64,000 bases of DNA, taken from NCBI GenBank assembly GCA_004022145.1, contig RCNU01000024.1. One strand, written 5' to 3'. The notes below the pieces were generated by a model that had not been told where the DNA came from, made no database searches, and saw only the letters and a program-made list of their open reading frames with translations. The translations under genes were made by a program, and so were the position numbers. The stretch is from Paecilomyces variotii. Its lineage: Eukaryota. Position 1 is the stretch's first letter, and every line of letters begins with the position of its first letter. This document shows positions 24,171 through 36,080 of the stretch, in pieces.

Positions 24171-24984
24171 TCCCCGATGATGAAATTCCAGAAGCTAGGT
24201 GCTGCAATGGGCTCTGGAAGATCGATTATCTCAGAGAATATGGCATTTCTATCTAATACGGAAGCTGAAGCTCTCTCAGATGGGAGCTGGGCTTAACTCG
24301 ACAACTAACTTAGCGTGTTCAACGCATTGGAATGCGGGGTTTTTCATTCAACGAGCGGCCTTGCACAGCTGGGTATATACACTAAGCCGGATATGCCGTG
24401 GAAAATGATCTCGACGGCGCTAGCGATCTTACTTGAGTGCGGACTTGAAACTAGCATCTGAGCAAAAGAGACCTCATAATCGGTGGAGATCCTCAATGGC
24501 AACCTTATGAAAAGGGGGCTACGTGAATTGGTTTAGTTTCGTGTGCATTCTATCTTATGAACCGACTCAGAAGGAGGTCAATATCAATGCAACAATACCT
24601 ACTGCTATCATAAGAATTACTGTGGAAATAGCACTTGGCTCCTTAGCATATTTTGCTTCAAATTACTTGCTCATACTCGATTTAGGCCAACTTGAGGCGG
24701 GACGGAATATCTGACTAACACCGCTCTCTTTTCAACACAATATAGCCATTAATATATAATCCCTCTATATGACTTAGTCTATTGTTTTAGTAATCTAGTC
24801 TATGCAGAAGTATATATAAAGAGGATCTAAAAACAGGGACTGATCCCAATACAGACCAGCGTCCTGCGAACGTATTGAGGCAGAAAAGAAAAGAAAAGAA
24901 AGGCAAGTTATAGTAAGGAGGAAAGAGGACGTGTGTTGTAAGTCTTCCATAGTCACGACCCCACTCAGGGACATTCTCTGCAGC

Positions 24985-26109
24985 TCAGATTCTCGTTCCC
25001 TCCACTTCCTTGCCAGTGGGGACTTTTGCAGATTCTCTCTCGGCAACACTGAGCTGCAGGCCTTGATCATCCCAGCCCTGGATTCCCAGCTTGTAGAAGG
25101 TTTTCTGTTGCTCGCGGGAGGGAACAGGGCCCTCCTTGCCACGACGCTGGCGGGAGTCGAGTGTCTCCACGATAGATGCGTTGTCACCATCCACCGTGTA
25201 ACCCTCTAGATCTTCCGTGTCTACCGTATCCGTGAACCGATAGGTACGGTATTCAGTGTTGGACCAACCGGTACCTGCCAGGACAAAGGTCAGTTTTCGT
25301 TGTAGTACCATATGCAGTGGCAGTCCATAACTTAAAGAGAGCGGATCTGCTAAACTCAAGAGTGTCCAGAGCAAGCATCTCAATTGTGGTCAACAAATGG
25401 ACACGCGGGGGCAATCCATACCTTGATAATGGCTGCTGTCCTCCCAGTCCTCTGTGAAGTAGTGGAGGAAGCCTCCGTGGGTGACGAGAACAATCTCCTT
25501 CTCCGGCCGAGCCTTCAGCCACCGTCTTACCTCACGGGCACGGTCCTTGATCGCTTTTGTTTCAGGCGCCCATTTTCCTTTCTATATAACCACCTTCGAT
25601 CAGTCTCTTCGCCGCCAAAGCTAACACCTACCCGCACATGAGAAGCGACCCGACGCACCTTGGTGTTCCACCCTTCCTTGACTAGTGACAGATCAACTGG
25701 CAGTTTCTTCTCTTCGAATTCCTTCTTCAGGAAATCAGGGTCACTGCCCGTGTCGCAAGGCACATCGCTGGTCTCCTGAGCCTCAGGGATTGCGACCACC
25801 TTCACATCTTTCTTCTCTTTAAACACCGGCTCGAAACTTAGGAGGGCCGTATAAATTGTTCGACGCAGCGGGGACGCGGTCACCAGGTCGATTTGGGAGT
25901 GAAAAGGAAATGAGTCGCGCAACTTGCGGCATTGTTCCTCGCCCAACTCGGTCAGAAGAGGATCCTGGATGACATGGTTTTCCGTGCAGAGATTGTGAAA
26001 CCCCTACAGTAGAACGAGTCGAATGGGGTTAGAAAGCTGGAACCCGCCCTTTCTGTGGAAGGAAATAACGTACCTGGGCATGACGAACACAATGGACAAT
26101 GGGTGCCAT
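24985..26109 (-). CDS. Phosphoglycerate mutase / histidine phosphatase family protein
   Basis: MAPIVHCVRHAQG (RHxxG, split by an intron), DPLLTELG, ASPLRRTIYT, QETSDVPCDTGS, VTHGGFLH, GTGWSNTEYR. Multi-exon. Confidence 0.9.
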
Positions 26110-27046
26110 TCTGCTCCTTTTTTCTTGCGTTCTTCTTCTCCTTGTCTCTCCTTGCGGAGCGCGGGGTAAGTTAAGTAGGTATCTAGCGGGGTCCTAAGGG
26201 AACGCAATAATGGGTCGACCCCAATGCAAGATGAAAAGATGGACAAAATAGAAAGGAGCCAGGTGTGAATAATAATACTAGAGAGTATCACAGCGGTCTA
26301 TTTCTCGATCTACTTCCCACGAGGAGCCACGAGGGAAAAATAAGTTGAAGCAGTGAGCCGTAACTCAAACGCATCGATCGAGTCATCGCGGTGAAAAGAT
26401 GGGCGTGGGTCCAAGACATCCGCCACGTTCGCTTGCAGTTCGTCCCTGAGCCCCTCTCTTGGTGGATTCCTTCTTCCCAAGGTTCTTTTCGATGCGAAAG
26501 ATCATTTAGTTAATCTACTCTCTAACTATTCTTCGTTATTACTACTCTGGTCATCGCCGCCTGGGAAGTTCCCCGACGGTCGCTCCGGACAGAAGAATCT
26601 TGGCAGAATACTTAGTGGTGAAGCAAAAAAAAAAAGATGCGATGTGATCAAAGATGAATAGATTTATATTCCTGGTGATTGATTATAAGTGTATATCTGG
26701 CTTGCAGACTTATCGCCAGTAACTAACGTTTTACGCAGGTTTGACTATGGTCTCGCCCATACTTAACCATCCCACCATTTCTGCGCAAAAATGGTGGCGG
26801 CAAAGACGTACGTACAATGTCATCATGCAAGGTCCAATATATTCAGCCCCAGTGCAATGCTTGCATTTAAGCACATGCATATGGTAGGCAGAACTAGAAC
26901 GAACGCACACCCATTTCTGATGTCTCCAACCAGAAAGTCCGGTGTCAGAATGGTGAGCGACGATGTCCGGTCGCACGGAATATATATTTATGTGTCAGAC
27001 ATGCATCTCCCGTCAGTTATGGGAATGGGGAAGAATGGAAATGCAC

Positions 27047-28638
27047 TCAGCACGTGGCATTGACAGGAACCACGGAGGAAGTTCTGCTCATTAGAGCACC
27101 TTCTTTGCCCTCTACCTGCACGTATCGGACAGAACCGATCACTATGGTCGTCTCAAAACCCTTCTTGGGGACAGAGCCCACAAGCTGGAGATGAGAAGCA
27201 TTCGACCCCCCATAGACATTCCATCCTGTGAGCTCCGTGGCTCCATTCCAGCTCATATAGATGTGCGTGCTATTTCCGGACGAGCAAGCCCACACGCTAG
27301 GTGGCGTCTTCGGTTTCCCGATCCAGGGCAGTCGGAAACCTCGGTAGCTCGAAACTTCGTTATTTTCACCGAACTGGAGTGTCATCACGCAGGACCCGTT
27401 GGCGTCGTATTCCTTGAACTTCGGGATCTGGCCGTGCCCGAGCAGAGTATGGCCCCCTGGCAGATGTTGATAGTTTCCCTGAGACTCGCTATAGATCACA
27501 TCGCGAGAATCCAGCAACTTTCGCTCAAGAGTAGCCTCGTGGGTGTTGAGGTCAAGACGGAGAAGGAGGCCAGTCGAAGGACTTGTTCCGTTCTCGACTG
27601 GGGAATTGGCGTTGTTGAACATGCTGATGATAACGGCATCTTCTGAGGTATGTCGAATTCTAGCATCATGCTGGTAGCAGAAATCTACTCCAGGACCAAG
27701 CTTGAAGTCGCCGCCGCTCCTGCCCTATGTAATCTCTCAGTATGCACATATTGCGAAATAGCTGAAGATAAAAAGACTGCCCTTACATTCAAAACCCAGT
27801 CAACGGTACCATTTCGGTTGATACGGTAGATCGAGCAATAATACCGCGAGGAGATGAGATATGCACCATCATCGAAGAAATCCACCGAATTGATGTGAAA
27901 TGCGCCCCATGCATAAGTTCTGTTGTTGCCAAGTCCGTCTATGGGCAGAAGAGAGCCCTCAAGAGGAATTTCGTCCACGTGTTCCAGTGCGCTCCAGCGG
28001 TACAAAACTCTGCTCGTTTTGACGTCGAGCTCATAGAAGAGAGAGTCGGCGATCCAGCCGTCTTCTTCGCCTCCTACAGAACGAAGGTCGTACTGGGTCA
28101 TGTTTACTGCAGTTACGAGGATTGATCCACGGTCTGTCAGCTTGCTTTCGTGGAGATCAATCCATGATGGAATGGTCAGGTTCTCCACAACCGCGAAGGA
28201 ACTATCCTCAAGAGTTACCCGGTATATCTCCTCGTACGACTGGTCCAAAAGATAAATCACTCCATATCCAAAGCCTAAAGGATCGCCATACCCCGTCCCT
28301 CTCCAGTACGTAAGAACTGGCTTTCCCTCGAAGGTCTGCGGCCGAAGCCCGAAAATTGTATTGTCTTCAGCTGGCATGGGTCCTTGCCAGACCAGTTCAT
28401 TTTCATCCGTCATGATCAATGGCGCATAATCCACCGTCCCGGCCCATGTTTGGTCGAAGAAGAGAAAGCCGGGTTCTGTTCGGCCATGTTTCTCGATAGT
28501 CATATTAGGAGGCTGGTACGTGGCCGACTTGAACGTCTGGTACTGCCACGGAGAGACAGTGTCGGCCTTGCCATGGCTTGAAAAAAACCAAATTGAGAGA
28601 ATTGAAAGTGAAATAATGGACAGCTGACCAGTCATCAT
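27047..28638 (-). CDS. Secreted arylsulfotransferase (ASST-like beta-propeller)
   Basis: Signal peptide; motifs DLHES, YRWSALEH, FHINSV, LISSRY, YQHDAR, FNN, SQGNYQ, SWNGATE, GFET. One intron at 27725-27786. Confidence 0.88.
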
Positions 28639-29786
28639 GGAATCTCGTGCAGCTGCGAGTGTTTGATCACTTGAAAACACAAGAATCCCTCAGGAAAACG
28701 CTCAGCAAGGCAGGTCGCACAAAGTTTCAACGGAATTAGCAGTCCAGCACTTAAGTATATTCTCTCTCCGGCTAGAATTTGCCGAGTAATTGCCTCCTTG
28801 ATCCCAGTGAGAGCCCGACATCGCTCGTCAACTACCGTCATCTGGTCCCATCTTGTTCTGAGTATGCGGGGGCCAAATTCAAAAGGAGGTGAAGAAGAGA
28901 AAAGAAATTCAGGAAAAGGTACAAAGCGGGGCTATTATTCAATTACACCGGCCTTGGTCCCGTTGTTAAGGAAGGCCGGCAAGAGTCCGGCTGTTGTTGG
29001 ATACGAAACTGAAGTGTTGGGAGAGTGGTTTACGTCTCGGATCGGCCATCAGATCAGATTAGATAGATATGGATCGCATCCCCACATGCTGGAGTTTAGT
29101 GCGCGCCGCCAATTCTCAGCCGCGTCCAAATGGACCGTTTCGTGAAACTCCGGCTCCACGGCACCAAGAGATGGAAGACAAAATGCCACTCCCTACTCTA
29201 TTAGGATACTCTTGGTTCCCTACGCCAAGAACCAAACAGCCAGCGAGGCTCTCCCTACGGAGTAGTTTGTACTATGAAGATCAGAGAAGAAGCCTGTTCA
29301 TGGTAACATGGTCAGCCAACGTTGCACCCGCTTCAACGAATCACATTCTCTACAACAATATACAGGGCAAGATACAGGGGCTCAGTGCATACTTGAGGTA
29401 GTTTAGCATGTAACGAAGGAGACACTTGATGATTTTGTCGGCTTGTCCCGCCCAGTCAAAAAAGCTCTTCTGTCAGATTCTTTATCTAATCTGATCAGGG
29501 TTTCCGATCGCTTCCTGAACCTTGCGCCTGTCTCGGGATGTACAGTACTCTACTTATGTCTCCCAGGTAAGTATGTGCTTGGTGCAGCTGACGCCCTAGT
29601 GCAGACAGCATGACAAGGGTCGGTGCCCAAGCTAGCGATGGAATATTAGTCTCGCCAGAAAAGTTATCACACTCTATGGCATGTGGAAATCAGCCCGTCT
29701 AATACAAAGGGGCCAGCAGCGAAGCAGGAGCTCTCGTGGAGATTTATGGTAAACAACGCTCCGTTGAATCGATCAACGTGCCTGTC

Positions 29787-31918
29787 ATGGGTCGCTCTCT
29801 TACTCATTTGTGGCATGACAAGGCCAATCTGTTCCACTTGCACCAGTCTGGTCCTTCACGAATTACCCAAACAGAGAATGTGATTGAGAAAGATACCAGT
29901 ACCCAAACAACCGGCCAGAAGGACACCAAAGACGCCGTGGAGTCTTCTGCACCCGTTGCAGCACCGACTCCGTCTCACGCGTATAATGGTGTCAGCGATG
30001 TCGAAGCATTAACGAACGCATGGACGACTCAGTCTCTTATTGCGGCATATCTCTTGTAAGTTCTCTTCTCCGCATCGAATTTCATTTAGGCCACTGACTC
30101 TGCTAGTGCCTTCTTGGTCTTCTTTATCAATTCATTGCAGCAGGAGACTACTAACAGTCTTTCACCTTATGTATACTCCGCATTTGAGGGGCACTCCCTG
30201 CTCTCGACGACATCAGTCCTAACAAGTATCATTGGAGGGGTCTCTAAATTGCCCATAGCCAAAATAATTGATGTCTGGGGCCGTCCAGAAGGATTTGCAG
30301 TTATGGTAGCTTTGTGCACCCTCGGTGAGATTCCTTCCTATGCATCACAGGATTCTGGACTGACATGTCAAGGTCTTATCATGATGGCAGCATGCCATAA
30401 TGTGGAGACATATGTAGCGGCGCAGGTAGGCGTCCCTTCTATACCAGTCAGCTTTTGTTGATTCTCAGCTCACGATTCGTGTAGGTACTGTACTGGGTTG
30501 GATACAATGGCATGGACTACGTCCTACACGTCTTTCTGTCAGATACGACTGGTCTCCTGAACCGAGCCTTCGTCTGGGGCATAGCTTCAACCCCCTACAT
30601 TGCCACTACTTTTGCTGGCCCCGCTGCCGCTCAACGCTTTTATGACGAGAATGCTGTCCGGTGGGGATTCGGTACATTTGTTATATTGACTCCAGTTGTA
30701 GCAGCACCAATCCTCATTCTGTTGTGGTATAATCGCAGAAAAGCCCGGAAGATGGGTCTGGTTCAAAAGAGAGAGAGAAGCGGCCGCACATATTTCCGAT
30801 CAGCCAAGTATTACCTGACCGAGTTTGACGGTAGGTTCATGCATCATGTCACATAAAAACATTTGCTAACCTCCCCAGCTGTCGGATTAATATTGATTAC
30901 GGCAGCATTTACTCTAGTACTCCTACCGTTGACCTTGGCATCGTCCAAGGCTCATAAGTGGCAATCGCCTGCTATCATCGTAATGATAATCGTTGGTGGT
31001 TTCTGTTTTGTCGCCTTTGCGCTGTGGGAGCGCTTCTGTGCCCCTGTTTCATTTCTTCCGTTCGCGATGCTCGCTGACAGGACTCTTTTGGGCGCTTGCA
31101 TTCTCTCCCTTGTTCTTTACGTGAGCTTCTAGTAGGTTTCTCCTTGATTTAACATCGAACTCGCCTAACTCATTGTTCCAGCTCCTGGGATATATATTTC
31201 TCTTCATACCTGCAGGTTGTGTTCAATACAACTATAAAGGACACAGGCTATATTATGAATATCTACAGTATCGGCTCATGCTTCTGGTCTGTGCCTCTAG
31301 GACTGTAAGGCTCGCCTTTGAAAGATTTTTTCATGGGAATTGACTAATTCTAATCGCAGAATCATACGCAAAGTCGGCAGAATAAAGTGGGTTGCCCTGG
31401 CCGCGATGCCCTTACTCTTCTTAGGATCCGGTCTCATGATCCGTTTCCGGTACCCCAATAGCCCAATCGGTTATGTCATCATGTGTGAGATCTTCAAAGC
31501 ATTCGCGGGTGGTACTCTTGTCATATGCGAAGAAATGGCAGCAATGGCTTCCGGGAGCCATGACACTATCGCTGTTGCCTACGCTATGGTCGGTCTTTCC
31601 GCAAAGATCGGTGGAAGCATTGGTTCTTCCATCTGCGGCGCTATATGGACCAACACTGTTCCGCAAAAGCTCAGGGAATATCTTCCGGCAAATAGCAAGC
31701 AACTTGCCCCTGAAATATATCTATCACTAAAGGTTGCACTGAAATATCCCATTGGCAACCCAATCAGAGATGCCACTATCAAGGCATATGGGGTAGCGCA
31801 GCGCCGGATGCTCATCACGGGCGTATCTATCCTTCCTCTTGCACTTTTCGCCGTTCTCATGTGGAAAGATATTCAGCTGAAGCAGGTCAAACAGATCAAG
31901 GGGAAGGTCCTGTCTTAA
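29787..31918 (+). CDS. Siderophore-iron transporter family MFS (MirB/Sit1-like)
   Basis: Motifs GVSDVEALTNAWT, SAFEGHSLLST, KLPIAKIIDVWGRPEG, DTTGLLNR, EFD, IGSSICGAIWTN, YPIGNPIRDATIKAYGVAQRRM. About 7 exons. Confidence 0.88.
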
Positions 31919-34507
31919 AAGAGTCGTACAGCTTTTGGTGCTATGGTTATAAGCTTTGCTAAAGCCCATGCAGGTTCCCTTAGATGTCCGTGATGAGTTC
32001 GACCCCAGCGAGCCAAGAGGCGATTCGCCTTCACCTTCCGCATCAGGGTCACTGAGCTTAGTGCGCAGTAGCTAGTTACCTAGATAGCTCAGAGCTTTAG
32101 AGCTCGATAAGTCTCCTTCACCCAAGCATCTTAGCAGCTCAAGTCAGGACTATAGCGAGCATCCCGCTTCGAAAATGGTTTTGATGAATCTTGCTCACCG
32201 CGGGGAGCAAGTGACTTCTTCGAATCGCACAGGCTACGGACCTATTTTCAGATTAGGAATCTCGCAGTCAACTATACGACACGGATAGAGGGACCAAACC
32301 GGAGCTCCGGTTGGTCCGTGAAATGTATTTCCGATGAGTACGTCGAGTCTAGAACACCATCGAAAATCGATGTAACCAAAGAATCGGAAAAAAAAAAAGA
32401 GCTAAACTAAGCTTGCGATGTCGTGACAGTATACTCCGTAGATCGAAGCTCAAGCTAACTATTACAGGCAGGTGATGGGCGTATGTATGTACTTACGGTA
32501 GTTATTGCCCGGATCTGCGTCGAGACCTCGAGCTTCTTAAGTACTCCGTCGCTGAGATCAGCCCGTAATCCACGTGCTTATTTTGTCAACATAATTCCGT
32601 TTCAAACCCCATGAAATATAACAATAGAGTTGGATCGCACTATCTTGTGTTGCTTCTCTTATCCGAAACCTTCACTGAGAACCGGAGTATACGACCTGGG
32701 ATTAATGCACTGATCCTAGTGTAGCCAAGGAAGCCAAGCGAAGATAAGCAAAATTACGACCTGGTGGCGGAGCTTCGCAGAGCAAGATATGCGGGGTTTC
32801 CTCGGACATGTAAGCTACCTAGGTAGAAGGGGCATAACACTGTCCGTCTAGTGGACGCCACGCGGGTTCCCGTCAATGTTGTTGCGGATGGTGCCGAATC
32901 GAAGATGTGATCGAGATATGCAAACCGACTGTTATATGCTTATGTGCACCGCACTTCCAACAGTCTATAAGGACAGCTCCTTTTGCGTCTGTTTATTGTT
33001 ACAACTCCTGCGATTGCGCTCGTGACTTGAGACGCATAAATATCCAATGTGCCAATAATACCCCATTATTGTCGTTATCTGAGCCCATGTGGGGCGGCCG
33101 TGAGCCTTGAGGATTGAACACTTTCCCTGACAATTCATCTGATGAGCTTGTATTACTCCGCCCTGATTTTGCGTTTCGCAGTCTGTATCTGAGACCCCGG
33201 TGTGGCTTCCACTGGCGCCTGGGCTAGACATCACGGGCAGGATTCTTCCTTACTACTGCCGTCTCACCTGGTCTTATCTGCCACCTGACTCTATCCCGCT
33301 AGCGGATGAACAGTTATCTATGCAACCGTTTTGTCTCTCGAGACGTTAGAGTCGATTCGGTGGCATTCATTGGTTCGAGGGCACATACCTGAGTGCCTAG
33401 ACACTATTCTAGATATAGAGGGTGACACCATCGGACGCTTCGATGTCGATCGAGTACAGGGGTCGTACTCTCTAGATAAGGATGACCATTCTGAATATCA
33501 CTACGGTGCTGGTTGGTGAAGACTGTACAGCTCCACCTGAGGGGAAACGGTAGAACCATTTCTTGTCCCCCTCGTTGTCAAGGAACAGGGCATAGCAATG
33601 ATACTCAGTAGGGGGTTGTTCTAGTTAGTAGGGCACATTGCTAGCATATTATTACAAACATAGCATTATTTCACACCGGAGCGGGACAATCTCTGGAATG
33701 AAGTACATATACAATGGCACATATCCAAGCCGGGGAAGTATAACTAACCCCCTTCGTTTTCCATACTATATAGGATCTAGGTTGTCACAGTTTCCCTGGT
33801 GGTAAACAGTTCTAATCCAACCTTTCGCTTTAGCCACAGCTTCCCCGAATCTAGTGCCCTTCGGGACTCCGTTTAAAGTTGTGTAAAAGCGGTATCTAAT
33901 TTAAGCCTCCGTTACATCGCCTCCCGTGGCTGTATGCGTGTAGATGGTCTGCAGAAATCTTGACATATACTATTAGCTCCATTAGGAGGATAATCACATA
34001 ATTTGGCAGCAACCTGGTCAATAGATGGGAAACCAGGGCAAATCAGGAACCTCCCCTGGCATTTCAATATCCCGCTCTCAGAGCCAGACTCGCTCTACTG
34101 CTGGTCGCCGGAGATTCGACCCATTCCGGCCGTAAGCTAATAACTGATAGAGAGAGCCAGTAAATGTTCAATAGCAGGGTCCTTGTTGCAAAGGTATAAC
34201 GTACACGAAATATTGGAGCAATCTTGGCGATCACAAGGCTTAATGCTGTACGCGGGACGACCACCACGGCCAGATGACAACAAGAGTGCATGACCCGCTT
34301 TGTTATCGACAGCTAAAAGCATCGTACCGTGCTAGAAGGATATGTAGACCGAAGAGGCTATAAATTTGGCCTCCCCTCTCCCCATTATGTCTTTTCCTTT
34401 TCACAGCAGATTCCCGTACATTCCCTCGGGTTTTCGATAAACTCTTAACCTCTCAACTTCATATCCCCCCCTATGAAGAAGTGCCTGCTTCATTAGATCT
34501 CACGAAA

Positions 34508-35305
34508 ATGAAGTTCACCGCGGTCACCAGTCTATTCATTGCAGGCACTGCTCTTGCGGCACCCCTCACTACTGAACGGCACGCTCGCAATGAAGCTCGT
34601 CAGGCTGAGAGACGTCGTACTAGCCCGCCGCTTTCTGCTGTCAACGGCCAGCAGCTGCATTTCAATGGTACCAAAAATGTTGAATACAGCTCAAACTGGG
34701 CCGGTGCCGTCCTGATTGGAACCGGCTATACGAAGGTCACAGGCACGTTCACGGTACCGACTCCATCTGTTCCCTCGGGAGGTAGATCAAACGAAGAGTA
34801 CTGCGCCTCTGCCTGGGTTGGTATCGATGGCGATACCTGCAGCACTTCCATCCTCCAAACTGGTGTGGACTTCTGTGTCCAGGGCAGCTCTGTTTCATAT
34901 GACGCGTGGTACGAATGGTACCCAGACTATGCCTACGATTTCAGCGGTATCTCCATTTCGGCAGGCGATGTCATCACTGTTACAGTTGACGCGAGCAGCC
35001 CCAGCGCCGGCACTGCTACTGTTGAAAATGTCTCGACTGGACAGACGGTTACCCACACCTTCAGCGGCGAGACAGATGAGCTCTGCGAGTACAACGCTGA
35101 GTGGATCGTGGAGGATTTCGAGTCCAACGGCTCTCTTGTTCCCTTCGCTGATTTTGGAACTGTCACTTTCTCTGGTGCTACTGCTACGGATGATGGTTCT
35201 ACAGTCGGTCCTTCTGGTGCCACCATCCTCGATATCGAGCAGAATAACCGGGTCTTGACATCCGTTTCTGTCGCCGGAAGCGATGTCACTATTACTTATG
35301 AGTGA
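34508..35305 (+). CDS. Secreted glutamic peptidase, family G1 (aspergillopepsin-2/eqolisin)
   Basis: Signal and propeptide, then SSNWAGAVL, SAWVGIDG, ILQTG (catalytic Q), AWYEWYP, NAEWIVEDF (catalytic E). Intronless. Confidence 0.96.
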   Translation: MKFTAVTSLFIAGTALAAPLTTERHARNEARQAERRRTSPPLSAVNGQQLHFNGTKNVEYSSNWAGAVLIGTGYTKVTGTFTVPTPSVPSGGRSNEEYCASAWVGIDGDTCSTSILQTGVDFCVQGSSVSYDAWYEWYPDYAYDFSGISISAGDVITVTVDASSPSAGTATVENVSTGQTVTHTFSGETDELCEYNAEWIVEDFESNGSLVPFADFGTVTFSGATATDDGSTVGPSGATILDIEQNNRVLTSVSVAGSDVTITYE

Positions 35306-36080
35306 TCAAGTGCAGATCACCTATTGAGCATTGGGGGACATACTTGCAACATGAGCAACGATCGAGAAACTCGAAGAGAGGTCAAATCCCTATTTCTATT
35401 GTTTGAATTACTGGGTAATTTGATGTGGCAAAGCATGAATCTCTGCCCCTCTGCAAGGGTTTCGATTAAGTTCTGTCTCTTTGAGAAAATACTGTCAAAC
35501 ATGTTTTACTTCTCGGTGTAGTTCATTTCTGCGCAATGGCCCCATTCAGTGGGTGTAGATGCAAAGTATATATGTTATTTTAAGTCATGAATATATTCCC
35601 ATTAGGGTTTTAAGCTGGAATACCATTAGGTACAGAGGTGGATCCATCATATTCATAGAGAGGGCATAAGAAGCGAATATGTATCGTAGGCGTCAGAAAT
35701 TGTAAGGTATGAATTTCACGATATGCAGAGAACTAAATGACCTCGTTGGCCCTCGATAAAATGTATCCGACGACTTTATTTGACAAGGGCTTTTTGTATG
35801 TGCAACACAGCTCATTTTGATATAAGACATATGCCAAATATAGACGGCGGTAACTAGCCAGGAAACCTCGTTCGCCAACTCCGCGAGTGTTAGGCTTCAA
35901 TAAAAACAGGACTACTATCAATCGCTATGATATCTATAGATAAGAGGATTCCCCCTTTATTGAGAAGGATAATGAATACCGATTCCTTTCTCTGCCTAGG
36001 CTCTCCTAAGCCATCCAGAACGCCACTGATATCGCTCAAAAACCTGAGTTGAATGCTAGAAGGAAAGAAAAAGGTGGTTT

